64,000 nucleotides of DNA from Squalus acanthias. Its lineage: Eukaryota. Location: positions 22,198,001 to 22,262,000 of the forward strand of contig CM059432.1 in NCBI GenBank assembly GCA_030390025.1. Reading direction: 5' to 3'. Of the stretch, positions 35,612 through 48,763 are shown in pieces. Position numbers and translations under genes: made by a program. The notes under the pieces were generated by a model, which was not told the DNA's origin, made no database searches, and worked only from the letters and a program-made list of their open reading frames with translations. Each line of letters begins with the position of its first letter. Position 1 is the stretch's first letter.

Positions 35612-36614
35612 TATAGTTTACTAATTCATTTGGTAAGAATCAGCAGTGTGGCCACTTTAAAATGGATTCAGCTAACTATGTTTTTGGGGGACATTTTCTG
35701 CTGGCTTGATTTCTCTGTATTGGAGGAGGCTCACATCACCAGCTAGTATGCATATTTCAAAGGCAGATGACTCACCTTTGTTTAGGTAGGCTGTCTCAAC
35801 AAGTGAGAGAAAACTCACAAGCCTCTCAGGCGATAGAAAACATAAATAATGGTTCCCACATGTTAAGCCCTGCTTTGTCCTGAAGGTGGTGAATGCCCTG
35901 AGGCGTTAAGCCGAGCAGCCTCCTTCATATCTGGGAAACAAATTTGATTGATGGATCTGTCCCTGCAAGAAGCGCTCTGAAGTGGGTCAGCTTTGATAAT
36001 TGTGAGTGATCTTTTTGTGTCAGTTTTTCATTCACTGTGAAACATACCTGTTGACATTCCTTTGCCTCAGTTTGGACTTCAAAGCAGAGTACAACAATTA
36101 CTCTCTATCAAGGTTCTTTAGTGAATCTCCATTTCACCAGGCAGCTGGTGGAAACACTCAGTGAATATCAAATTTCACTGAGATATATGTTCAAAGTTCC
36201 AAGAACTATTAAAGTTTTGCAACATTTATTGTTTTGAAATGGGTTTAGAAAAATCATTTTTTATCTTTAACTTAATAAATTTCTGTCTCGCCTGGTAACT
36301 GCCAGCTGGGGCGAGTGGAACCTTCCGATTTCAGTACATATCCGATTTCAGTATAGACTTCAGCTCGTGATCACTGCTCCAAACTAAGACTGTTATTTCT
36401 GAAATCCATGGGAACTTTGAGACATTTTGCTGCTTTGTAATAGGCTTTGTGAGCTATGCAAACCACTATGATGTGTATAGCTGCTGTTATTTAACTTTTG
36501 GTTCTGCTAATTTTATTATGTTTTAAAAGTCTGATCTGTAGTTTTAGCCTGAGATGTATTGTCTGCCAGTGTTATTTATCTGCCATTTAGAGAGATACAG
36601 TGGTAATCAGTATT

Positions 36615-37110
36615 ATTTCTAGCAGCCTCCGCTGCCTCCCCTTGCTCACCTAGCCAAATCTCCCCCACCTTCCCTGGTTCCGCTGTCCTAGTCCTGATTC
36701 TTTGTCTTTCTCTATTTTCTCTCCTATCTCCCCTCATTTCCTCTCTGAGCTCATCCTGTCCAAGATATCCAACTCCTGCTTCCTTGACGCCATGCCCACT
36801 AAATTGCTGGCCACCCAACTTTCCTTCCTGGCCCCGATGCTAGCTGACATTGTAAGTGGTTCCCTCTCCTCAGGTATTGTTCCCCTATCTTTCAAAACCG
36901 CCATCTTAATCCCCTCTTAAAAAAATCACTCTTGACCCTTTGTCCTTGCAAACAACCGACCCCATCTCCAATCTCCCTTTATTATTCAAAGTACTTGAAT
37001 GTGTTGTCGCTTCCCAAATCTGTGCCCATCTTTTCCACAACTCCATGTTGGAATCTCTCCAATCAGATTCCTGCCCCTGCCACAACACTGAAACAGTCAC
37101 AAATGATGGT
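36615..37110 (+). mobile_element. L2 LINE RT-region fragment
   Basis: Motifs SCFLDAMPTKLL, GIVPLSFKTAIL, PISNLPLLFKVLECVVASQ and LQSDSCPCHNTET. Confidence 0.8.
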
Positions 37111-37119
37111 GCATTTCCC

Positions 37120-37470
37120 CAAAGAGAGAACTGTTCAGACACGAGGAGAAACAGAGAGAAAGTTAGACACGAGTAGAAGAGAAGTTAAGAGATACAAGGA
37201 GATAAAGAGGTAGAAGCACAGGCAGATCAGGAGAGTTAGAGAAGCACAGACACTCATAGGGAAGGAGAGAAAGTGGCAAAGTGTGATATAGAGGGACTTT
37301 CAGCCAGACTGATAGACAGAGCAACAGATATACACAAAAATGAAAAGAACAGAACTACAGATGCATGAGAAAAAGAGAGAAAAATAATACGCATGTGAGG
37401 TTTGTGAGAAGAAGTAAAACACATATGTATATAAAGAAAGAGAGGGCAACCAGAGCCATACACAAAGAAG
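37120..37470 (+). repeat. Purine-rich low-complexity (AG-rich) tract
   Basis: Direct reading. Confidence 0.7.
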
Positions 37471-37699
37471 ACAGATAGCTTATTTACGCTCATGGATGAA
37501 CTTGTCACGTGAGTGGAGTCGGTTATGAGGACATGCTTACAAAACATGAAAATAAAAAGATTTTGTTCCGGTGCTTCAAGATTTTGTTCCTACAAAATTA
37601 GGTTGCCAACCCCTGTCTGTGCTTCACTCAGGTCAGGGTCTAGCAGAGTTAGATGCAGGTTAAAGTGTTCCACATTAGGTAAAGCTTCGTTGGAACCTC

Positions 37700-38195
37700 T
37701 CCGTCCTTGGCCTCTTACACTGTTCCAATGAAGCTCAATGTAAGCTCGAGGAACAGCAGCTCATCTTTCGATTAGGCACTTTACAGCCTTCTGGACTCAA
37801 CATCGAGTTCAACAATTTCAGACCATAACCTCTGCCCCTATTTCTTTTTTCTTTTCACATAGCAGCTGTTGATGATTCTGCCATTCCAATTTACACCTCA
37901 ATGAGACTCATTTTTTGTTTCTTAACTTGTCCCATTACCATCTCCTTTTGCCTTGCACATTCATCCCTTTTGTCTTTTAATCTCTCCTGCCATCCACCCT
38001 ATTACAGACCTTCCCTTTTGTTCCTTCCTCCCCTCCCCCTTTCTCTGCCCCTGCACTTGCTTAAAATCTGTTATATCACTAACTTTTTCCAGTTCTGACG
38101 AAGGGTCATCGACCTGAAACGTTAACTCTGTTTCTCTCTCCACAGATGCTGCCTGACCTGCTGAGTATTTTCAGCATTTTCTGTTTTTATTTTAG
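37700..38195 (+). mobile_element. 5'-truncated Penelope (GIY-YIG C-terminus + pseudo-LTR)
   Basis: KLEEQQLIFRLGTLQPSGLNIEFNNFRP* and a pLTR homologous to 11430-11895. Confidence 0.9.
38091..38127 (+). ncRNA. Minimal hammerhead ribozyme (intact)
   Basis: agtt-CTGACGA-a-gggtc/atc/gacct-GAAA-cg-TT-aact. Confidence 0.8.
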
Positions 38196-38964
38196 GTATA
38201 GCTTAGTTAGACGCAGAGCAAATCACTGCCAGGTCAGGTATAGCACAGCTAGGTGCAGAGTAAAGCTTTCTCTTCTCTCTTCCAACAACAAGCCTCAATC
38301 CCAATTTCAAACTCATACTGTAGTCTGTTTTTTTCCCCATTTTCCACACAAGCTAACCTGTGCCCTCCCTGATTGCCAATCTGTTGCCTGTTTATTCATC
38401 AGCTGCGAGCTCCAATTTAGATCAAGCATGTCAATTCACAATGTAATGAAGTTGAATACCAATATGTCATCAGAAAATAAGAACAGTGAAGATGAAGTAA
38501 GACTAATTAGGCCACTGACACGCTTCCCTCTAATACACGATCTCTGCTAACTCTCCCAGTGCTGTAGTTCTGTAAACTTATGTCTCAACCATGCTCCCTT
38601 CAAGTGTGGCTGAGGGTAGTGATTTTTCCCTATAAAATCAATACTCCCTTGTTGCACTGCCTAATGTCACACTGAGCCATTCGAAGCTGGAGGATCCCAG
38701 ATTCAATCCCTAATCTGTGCATTTTGATTGCCCTTAATTTCTTTGTCTGTAGTACGACCGATTAATCCCAAAATTTTGCTCCCTTTCAGTGACTAAATTC
38801 CTTCTAATATCAGTTTGAAATTTAATTTCACAATGCATTGTCAAACCTCAACATTACCTCTCTCTATAGACTTGCACTGTATGTCAACAATTGATCACTT
38901 GGCATTAGTGTTAAAATGCAAACCTGCTAGCAGCTGTTAGAAAGAATATTGTACAAAATATATA

Positions 38965-41215
38965 ATGAACGGTTGGAATCACTGCAGGCATATGGGAGGC
39001 TGAGAATTTCCTGGATCATACGTTCCAGGAGGTGGTCACCCACAACCGCAGGAAGCTCAGGACAGTAAGTAGTTGCCCATCTGGCATGGTTGGAAGAGGC
39101 AGGCAGTGCAGGAAACCTCCAGGAGTGTGGCGCTTACTAACCAGTTTTGAGTATTGATGATGCCTCGAAGGAGTGCATGGCATTGTGAGGCAACGGACTG
39201 CACAGGGGGGTACAGTGAAGTGTAGGTATGCAGTGGTTATAAGGGATTCAATAGTCAGGGAACAGCCAAGCGTTTCTGCACCTGCCGATGTGAGTCCCCT
39301 GGATGTGTTGCCTTCCCAGTGCCAGGGTAAAGGACATCACTGATAGGGTGCAGAATATTTTGAAGGGTAAAAGGGAACAGCCAGAAGTTGTGGTCCAAGT
39401 GGGAACCAATGACATAGGAAGGAAAAGGGTTGAGGTCCTGCAGTCAGAGTTTCACGAGCTAGGGAGGAAGTTAAAAAGCAGGACCTCAAAGGTCGTGATC
39501 TCTGGATTACTCTCAGTGCCACACCCTAGTGAGTATAGGAACAGTAGGATAAGAAAAGTTAATGCGTGGCTGGAGAAATGGTGCAGGAGGGAGAGCTTCA
39601 TATTCCTGGGCATTGGGGACCAGTTCTGGACATGAGGGACCTCTTCAAGATGGACGGATTGCACCTCAATAGAGTTGGGACCAATGTCCTTGCGGGAAGG
39701 TTAACTAGTGGTCTGGGGGAGGGTTTAAATTAACTTGGTAGGGGGATGGGCACCAGGATGAAACATTACAGAGGAGAAACATGGCGTACAGAGAAAGATC
39801 ACATTAGAGCAAAGAATAGTTTAGAAATAGGAGGGATCAGACAGGTGGGAAATGTAAGTAAATGTACATAACGTAGTAAATAAGGTTGGTGAGCTAAAGG
39901 CACAAGTCGCCACATGGAACTATGATATAATGGCAATAACAGAGACCTGGCTTAAAGAAGGAAGGGACTGGGAACTTAATATTCCTGGATACAAGGTATT
40001 CAGGAAAGAAAGGAGAGGGTGGTAGTATTGATCAAATAAAATATTATAGCCCTGGAAAGGGATGAGGTAAATGATGAGCCAAAGACGGAATCTATTTGGT
40101 TAGAATTAAGGAACAATAGAGGAACTATTGCTCTACTGGGTGTTTACTATAGGCCACCGAATAGTGGAAAGGAAATAGAGGAGCAAATTTGCAGACAAAT
40201 TACAGAAAGATGCAAGAACTATAAAGTAGTGTTAATGGGGGGCTTCAATTATCCTATTATAGACTGGGATAGTAACAATGTTAAGGGCAAAGAGGGGGAA
40301 GAATTCCTGAAATATGTATAAGAGAACTTTCTTGATCTGTGTGCTTCCACCCCAAAGAGGAAGGAAGTCGTGCTGGATCTAATTCTGGGGAATGAAGTGG
40401 GGTAAGTGAAGCATGTTTCAGTGGGGGAGCATTTAGGGAACAGTGATCATAATATCATCAGGTTCAGAGCCATTATGGAAAAGGACAAGGAATAATCAAG
40501 CATAAAAAATAGTTAACTGGAGGAGGGCTAATTTCAGTGAGTTGAAAAGAGAGCTGGCACAGGTGGATTGGAATCAAAAATTGGTAGGCAAAACAGTAAT
40601 TGAACAATGGGAGGCCTTCAAAGAGGACATGGTTCGGGTACAGAGTAGACACATTCCCACGAGGGGGAAAGGCAGGGCACCCAAAGCTGGAGCTCTCTGC
40701 ATGACTAAAGGTATAGAGATTAAAATCAAGCAGAGAAAGGAGGCTTATGACAACTGTAAGGTTCATAGACAGACTGGTGAAGTGGGCAGATACATGGTAG
40801 ATGAGTTTTAACTCAGAGAACAAAGCTGAATACAGGAAACACAGAGGCGAGCTAAATAAGGGAATAACAGAGGCAAAGAGAGTGTAATAGATTAGTGGCT
40901 TACATAAAAGGGAACCTAAAAGTCTTTTATATACATATAAATAGTAAAAGTGGAGTCAAAGGAAGGGCGGGGCCGATTAGGGACCAAAAAGGAGATCTTC
41001 TCGTGGAGGCAGAGAGCATGGCTGAGGTACTAAATGAGTACTTTGCATCTGTCTTTACTAGAGAAAAGAATGCTGCCAATGCAGCAGTAAAGGAGGAAGT
41101 AGTTGCAATATCGATAGGATAAAAATAGATAAAGTTGGAGTCCTCAAAGTAGAAAAGTCACTCGGTCCAGATGGGATGCAAGCTAAGTTGTTGAGGGAAG
41201 TTAGGGTGGAAATTT
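38965..41215 (+). mobile_element. Degenerate CR1: ORF1 esterase, APE endonuclease and linker
   Basis: Motifs GDSIVR, CCLPSARVKDI, VGTNDIG, ITETWL, YRPPNS and LGNSDH, with many stops. Confidence 0.88.
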
Positions 41216-42325
41216 CCAGCTATACCTTTGCTAACCTCCCTAATTCTTCTACGGGTCCTGCTCGGCATCAATTTCCACTTTTGTGAAGTGCTTTCCACAT
41301 TAAAAGCATCATTCATTGCTCAGTTCAACTGCTGGGATGTCTAGAATGATCCACATCCACATTGCTACATATGCCTGCACTCTATGTTTAAACATCTCTT
41401 AAGCACTCAATTGTTCAAATGCACCATTTGTTGATAATATAATTGCATTCAGAAAAGAAAAGGGAAAAGGTGGAGATGTGTAGCATCTTGATCCCAATGG
41501 GCAGCTAATTCTTTTCTTGCTGCATTCATTGATTTAGACCTCAAGGCTTTAACAAATATTTTTTTTTGCTGGAGACTGGAGGAGCAGTGATTGATGATGT
41601 GCTTCGAGTAACCAGTGGGCAACCTCCACTCATCAGTTAAGGACCAGAAATTTTGATCAGTGAATCATAGATAACTGCAGATAGTTGTTAAATGGGCGCA
41701 TGGTAGGTTTTTAACCTTTCTAATCAAATATATAAATATTTGCAGGCAACAACTACTATTGAGATACTTTGCAAAGCTAACAAACCCTAGCTAAAGTGTT
41801 ATTGCTGTTGAAAGAGGGATGAGCAGGTGAAGAAAGACACAATATAAGGATCTTCTTCTTTTGTCTCAGTGAGTAAATTCACCCAGAATAGACTCTTGGG
41901 GCGGTGGGGGTGGGGTGTAAGTCCTGGTTTTGTATAATAGGGTAAAATGGGTGATAGCAAGCCCATTTAATATCTCTCCTGATTTTTATTTCTATTGCAG
42001 TCAGTAGAAATAAAAATCGGGAGAGATGTAAAATGGGCTGTCGACTCGCTATTGCACAATGTCAAGATCTACCCCTTAGTTTATGCTGAGTTGGCTGGTT
42101 TTATCTAGATTACAGTGCTATAATCAGTCTAAGGACCATTGGTTAGGAAGGTGGGGGGGGTGTGGAGGGGTAAAAAAATCAACGAGGTTTCTCTGTACTG
42201 ATTCCTATTCCGTGACACATGTGAGAGAGTATATATCTATAGATGTCAGGTAAGGACCGGATTGGGCTCAGCTGTATGCCTTCCATGGTCAAATAGACTG
42301 TCAACGTTCACTGTCTACATTCAGA

Positions 42326-42470
42326 CATAAGAACATAAGAAATAGGAGCAGGAGTAGGCCATTTGGCCCTTCGAGCCTGCTCCGCCATTCAATAAGATCA
42401 TGGCTGATCTTCTACCTCATCTCCACTTTGCTGCACTATCTCCATATCCCTTGATTCCCTTAATATCCAA
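42326..42470 (-). mobile_element. CR1 3' terminal fragment
   Basis: cataagaacataagaaataggagcaggagtaggccatt...ccatatcccttgattccctt. Confidence 0.85.
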
Positions 42471-43531
42471 ATGGCAAATAGGCATTTGTACAAGGTACCA
42501 GAAAGCTGCCAGCATCATAGAACAGTATTCCAGTAAAAGTCAGCTCCACCAGGAGAGAAAAGAAAAAAAATCAGAAGAAACAAAATAATTACTTTGTTGA
42601 CTGTTGCTTGTTTTTCATTCCATTCATCCCCCATTGCTTGTTATACAAATGAGTCTCATCACCAGGCAAGTCAACTAAGAAATCTGTGTAGGAAGAAACC
42701 TTGATGCTGATAATTTTTTTAAAAAATCAAACAATATGATGATGAAATATATCTTGTAAAGATATTAAAGCAACTTACACCTCGAGTACCGCAGATTTGT
42801 AAGTTGTTACGATGTATTATGACCTTGACAACAGATACATGATAAATGAATGCTGTTTTCGATGACTTTACAATTGAAAAAAGAGCTGATGCAGCCTGAG
42901 AGTAATTCCCAAGAGGCCATGATTCCAGAACACAGAGCTCCACCTAATCTCCGAATGGCTAAGTTATTACGTTGGGAGTTAGAGAATGCAGGTATTCCCT
43001 TGACAAAAAAGATTGCAATCTCAGACTCATTAACCAAGCTAATGATTCCATCGGTGTACTCAGAAAGCTTCATGCTACATTGGAACCTTTGCTTCAGTTC
43101 AGTTTTCAAGAGCTTCCCTTTGAAGGGGAGCTTTAATCCTGCATGTCTTTTATTTATATTGAAAAGCCTAGGTGAGGGATCAAGATTTATAGCGGAGGAC
43201 ACCACCAAGGTTGAAAAGAGTAGGTGAGAAGACACGATAAATCAAGAAGTATTGAATAGGTATCATACCTATTCCTTGGTGTGTAACTTGTTTTCCTACT
43301 CTGGCTGTACACTCCTGATTTAATTATTAAATAGAACACTTATTGATGTATCAAAAAGTACCTGTTATTCTCTTAAGCTTCTTAGAATCATGTCCGAATG
43401 TCTCCCTAAATACTACATTCCTCTGCCCTCGATTTATTGCCATCTCTCCTAAAGGTACTGGGATATAGTTCCTCAGACACTGGCTGCCCTCCAGTAGCAT
43501 GCACAAGGGCCCATTGTCCTCAAGACAGTCA

Positions 43532-45401
43532 GGAGGAGAGATTGGGTACCTTTGCGTCTCCCATTATCGCCTCCGGGAGGGTGCAATAACGGGGCGCTAA
43601 CCACTTACTGCCCGGGAGCGGCGAGATTATCGCTCCAGCTAAATTCGGCGGGATGTTTGCGGCAGCGGTATGGCGTTGCGCCCCGATCTCCTTTGCCCGG
43701 AGATCGTGAAGTCATCGCCGTGCGCATCGCCCTGGTTGCGCCCCGGACCCGAACTTCGATTTCGCCCCCTGCAGCATCGCGGGCGATGACACCGACAGCT
43801 GCAGGAGGCGTTGATCGGGTGCTTCGGGGGCGAAAGTTAAAGGGAGGTTGCCGAGATAAGGATGTTCTTGCCATAGAAGGAGTTCAGTGAAGATTCACAA
43901 AGCTGATACCTGGGATGGCAGGAATGACATATGAGGAGAGATTGGGTCGATTGGGCTTATACTCGCTGGAGTATAGAAGAATGAGAGGGGATCTCATCGA
44001 AACATATAAAATTCTGACAGGTCTGGACAAACTAGATGCAGGAAGAATGTTCCCGATGGTCGGAGAGTCCAGAACCAGGGGTCATAATCTAAGGATAAGG
44101 GGTAAGCCATTTAGGACAGAAATGAGGAAGAATTTCTTCACCCAGAGAGTGGTGAACCTGTGGAATTCTCTACCACAGAAGGTAGTTGAGGCCAAGTCAT
44201 TAAATATATTCAAGAATGAGTTAGATATATTTCTTAAAGCTAAAGGTATCAAGGGATATGGGGAGAAGGCAGGTACAGGGTACTGAGTTTGGATGATCAG
44301 CCATGATCTCATCGAATGGCGGAGCCGGCTCGAGGGGCCGAATGGCCTACTCCTGCTCCTATCTTCTATGTTTCTATGTTACTATGTAAGTGCCGACATT
44401 TTTCTAATCGTTTTGGTCATTTTTTCTTTCTTCTCCTGGGCCACGATCGATCAGCCCGGCACACTGCTGGAATGCATGGGGTTGATCGAGTCGGATTGCG
44501 GCTGCCGTCGGGGACCAGCTAACTGTTCCCAATGTAGAGCCTGCAGCGATGGCTCTTCCCTTTAAGGGAGGGAAGGAGGCTCGGAACGCAGCAACGCTGC
44601 ACGGCCCAGTGTGCAGCGCTGCACCACTACCGCCCCGCCTGCGTCCTTTAATGCCCCAGGAAGGAGCGCTAAACCTAATTTCGTGAAAGCTGGCAATCAT
44701 TAGCGCCTGGCGCTAATTTTCCTAGCATTCAAAGGTTATCGCCCCCAAACGGGGCAATAATGAATTTCTCCCCCTGGGTACCTTTGCGCCTCCCGTTATC
44801 GCCTCTGGGGGGTGATAACGGGGCGCTAACCACTTACCGCCCTGGCATGGTGACAATAACGCCTCCCACTAAATTTGGCAGGAGGTTTTGCAGGCGACGG
44901 TATGGCGTTGCGCCCCGACCTCCTCCGCCCGGAGATCGTGATGTCATCACCCCGGTTGCGCCCCCGGATCTGAACTTCGGTTCTGCCCCCTGCAGCATCG
45001 CCAGCCGATAACACCGGCGCTTCGGGGGCAAAACTTAAAGGGGAGGTTGCCGAGGTAAGTCCCTACATTTTTTTAATCGTTTTGCTCAATTTGTTTTCCT
45101 TCTCGATCAGCCCGGCACACTGCTGGAGTGCATGCGGCTGATCGAGCCGGATCGCGGTCGCCGTCGGGGACCAGCTAACTGGTCCCAATGTAGAGCCTGC
45201 AGCGATGACTCTTCCCCTTAAGGGAGGGAAGGAGCCTCGGAACGCAGCAGCTCTGCACGGCCCAGTGTGCAGCGCTGCACTTCCTTCCTGGAGCGCTAAA
45301 CCAAATTGCGTGAAAGCTGGCAATCATTAGCGCCTGGCGCTAAGTTTCCCAGCTTTCAAAGGTTACCGCCCCCAAACGGGGCAATAATGAATTTTTTCCC
45401 C
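43532..45401. mobile_element. Head-to-tail dimer of a GC-rich Harbinger-type MITE
   Basis: Units 43532-44774 and 44775-45401, with outer ends ggaggagagatt / aattttttcccc and TSD tca (43529-43531, 45402-45404). Confidence 0.8.
43861..44385 (+). mobile_element. Young CR1 3' fragment inserted in the MITE
   Basis: ORF 43915-44286 is nearly identical to the C-terminus of 56714-57208; (ttctatgt)n tail. Confidence 0.93.
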
Positions 45402-45621
45402 TCAGAGTTTCCACTCCTGTTTCCTATCTAGAGATCACTGCTGGAAAGTGGGCAATTGTGAATGTCAGTTGAATTCAGGATTAGGCTTAGACAATATGCA
45501 CCTTGTGGAGGAATAGCTTTATAACATTCATTGTTTTGTTTCACTAATGAAGACTGTACAATTTAGACAGGTTCAATAGGGCATCTAGCACTATTTAACT
45601 ACATCTCAGCATTAACAGTGA

Positions 45622-46305
45622 AGGTAATTTTCAACTGCTGCCCACCTACTTCTTGCCTGAAAAGTGGGCGGCCAGTGGAGGAAAATCAGGGTAAAATCTT
45701 GGTTGACCAAGGCCTGCCTGATGCAATTTTATGGGAGGCCTGTAAATGAGTGCACCTGTTTCAGATGTGAGGCTGATTAAATATGACAATCTTGTTCTAA
45801 GCCATTGTAGAACTCTGACTGCAGTTTTGAAGTACAAATGGGTGGAGCATACAAACGGCATGCTCTGCCCGTTTGTATCAGGTGATGAGTGGTCTAACCA
45901 GTAATCCTTAAAGGAATTGCTGGTGGCTGCTTGACCAAAGGACCCCGAACCACGTCTTCCTTTATTTATGCAGGGCCAGAAAGCGCAGCGCTGCATCTCC
46001 TGGCTCCACAAAGTACTGTGGCCTGCTGCTGGCCTATGCTTGTCCTCCCTCCCGGATTGGCACCTCCCCCCCAATTCCCGCCCTCCCACAACTGATAGCT
46101 TCCGCAGAGCGCCTGTTTGGCACCCGCAGCTCATCGGGGGCATTCAACTGAGGCCCAAACCTGAAAATAGTTTGGAGTTTCAAACGTTGGCTTCAAGCAG
46201 GTGGTACATCTTGTCTGCTAACTTCCTGCTTGTTTATTGAAAATTCCGCCCACCCCCTCCACCCCCCACACCCAGTATCGTTAGGAAAGGGTTAAAACTG
46301 GGGCC
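45622..46305. mobile_element. Degenerate MITE-like element
   Basis: ggtaattttcaac / gttaaaactggggcc ends and a GC-rich interior like the other families; no clear TSD. Confidence 0.4.
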
Positions 46306-47423
46306 GGGGAAAGGGGAGATGATTTGAAGAGCCACGTAAGCAGCATAATCTTTTCTTACACCTCAAGATTCTCCTATTTAATAATCAAGAAGCTGGAACA
46401 TCTTTCACAAATACTTTACAGTTACTACTGTGAGTGCCAGAATGAAGATAGTGCCTTGAAAAGGAAGATCGCAATCTCAAACTCATATACCAGGTTAAGG
46501 ATTCCATTGTGGAATTGTACTCGGCAAGCTTCACAATACATTGGAAACTTTTTCCTTGGTTGTCTTTTTCAGAGCTGTTTGTTGAAGGGGATTCATTGCT
46601 GGTAGCGAGCCTTGTTAACAGCGAATGCTGTCTGAGAATTGGGACTTTAGCATTATAGCCCTATCTCTAACCCACACTCGCATCTAGTGAGGCTCCACGC
46701 TGGCAGCGAAGATAGCAAGATTGACCCTTACATATAATTTTTTTATCTATTGAGAAACCGCAAGTGAAGAGCCAAAGCCCATAGGCAGCACCATAGTTGA
46801 CAACAGTGGAGTGGTCAAGGTAAATCAGGGAGCAGTGGTTAGGTGATATGAAACCTGGATTTTGAAAGCTTGTAGATTGTAGAACAAAGGGTCAATTGAG
46901 GGAGGTAAGAACGTAGTTCCACATTTTATGAGGTCCTAGAAAAGAATGAGTAGGAGATGTTTTGATTTCAGCACAGCGTGAATGCAGGGAGTTGGACAAA
47001 GATTTGGACCTTGTGGTGAACACTACAGAAAGATTTAGAGGAAAATGACCATTGATAAAGTAGAGAAAGACTAGAAATGTTATCGCAGAGAGAAATGTTT
47101 GAGCCTCAAGGTGAGAGAAGGATTGCCAGTTGACAAACCTTTTACCATGTCCTATTAACACGTGCTGGACCCAGCAGGATCTATAAATCAGCTGCATCCT
47201 AGCTTAACAACCAGATAATCCATTCAATTAAAAAAATCATGGTGCTGAATTATTTTCTGGTTAATGTTTCTCTTCCCGTTTCCTTCATGAATAACAGTTA
47301 AGACATACCATGAATCAAACTGCTCATCTATGGGAACATTTGCTCACGTAATTTGAATGGGAAGATTTCTGGGTGCTCAAGCTAGTCCTGCCAATGTTCT
47401 ATTATTGGATCAGTAGACATAAT

Positions 47424-48185
47424 AGGGCAGAAATTCGGGTCTCCACGGGTGAGTACGCACTGTGTACTCACCCGTAGGGCCACCGGAAGTGCTGGTTTCG
47501 CACATGCACTGCGTATGCACGGGAAACCGGAACTTCCGGTCTCGTGAAAGAAGTGGTTCCAGGGTCAACTGCGTGCGCCGGAAAGGCAGCGCGCACGCAG
47601 CGAACTTCGTTTTTTTTTCAGGTTTCTCCGTGAGGGTAAGTACGGAGAAGCTGCGCCGGAAAAAAGGAGGCGCAAGGCCTGCTTTTAACAAGGTAAGTGG
47701 TGAATTAAATACAATTTAAACATTTTTTCAACAGGTTTATCTTTTTTACATACTTTAAAGAAAGGTAAGTTTATTTTTAGCAACGTTAAAAAGTGTAATT
47801 AATTTTTTCAAAAATTTAAATTTTTGTTTAAAGTAGTTAATTTATGTAATTTATAGTTATTTAAAAAATGTGATTTAAAAAAAAAATATTTGAAGTTTTA
47901 GTTAGGTTTTGGGGGTGATCGCTATTCATAGATTTGCCGGTCTTCCTGTCAAAATCTATGAATGGAGATTCCCTGCTCCGATTGGCTCTCCATGGCCCAC
48001 GTGATCCCAGGGGACGCTTCGAACTAACTGCGCCCCTGTGATACAGCAAGCACTGCGCGCCGGCAGCTGCAGGAGGCCCAGGAGCCGAAGTCCACGCGGG
48101 CCCGAAGCACAACGGCAGGCGCGGTAGGTAAGTACGTGTGCGATCCTTGCACCCGCGGGAAGCCGGAGAGCCGAATTTCTGGCCC
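47424..48185. mobile_element. Harbinger-type MITE family C
   Basis: TIRs agggcagaaattcgg / ccgaatttctggccc with TSD aat (47421-47423, 48186-48188); CpG-rich arms around an AT-rich core. Confidence 0.88.
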
Positions 48186-48302
48186 AATGTAAGTTCCATA
48201 AAATGCAGAAAAGAAGTCTCCCTGTTATATTTGCAGGAATACAATAACTTGCATCAAAAGGTTACTTGCTTATTACTTTTTGTGGCACTTCTCCACAACA
48301 GT

Positions 48303-48763
48303 GTCAGCTGTGGCTCAGTTGGTAGCACTCTCACCTCTGAATCAGAAGGTTGTGGGTTCATTGTCCCACTCCAGGGACTTGAGCACCAAAATCTAGGCTG
48401 ACACTTGAGTGCAGTACTGAGGGAGTGCTGCACTGTCAGAGGTGCCGTCTTTCGGATGAGACATTAAACTCAGGCCCCGTCTGCTCTCTCAGGTGGACGT
48501 AAAGATCTTATGGCACTATTTCGAAGAAGAGCAGGGGAGTTATCCCCGGTGTCCTAGTCAATATTTATCCCGCAATCAACATCTAAAACAGTTTATCTGG
48601 TTATTATCACATTGCTCTTTGTGGGAGCTTGCTGTGTGCAAATTGGCTGCCGTGTTTCCTACATTACAACAGTGACTACACTCCAAAAGTACTTAATTGG
48701 CTGTAAAGTGCTTTGAGACGTCCGGTGGTCGTGAAAGGTGCTATACAAATGCAAGTCTTTTTT
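48303..48763 (+). mobile_element. Full-length tRNA-derived Deu-domain SINE (SacSINE1/AmnSINE1-like)
   Basis: A box tggctcagttgg, B-box-like ggttcattgtcc, Deu core gtgccgtctttcggatgagacattaaac..aaagatc..atggcact, and L2-like tail ctgtaaagtgctttgagacg..gctatacaaatgcaagtc. Confidence 0.82.

Noticed and set aside
48303..48380. tRNA gene
   Set aside because: It is the tRNA-derived head of a SINE with a damaged B box and no full cloverleaf.
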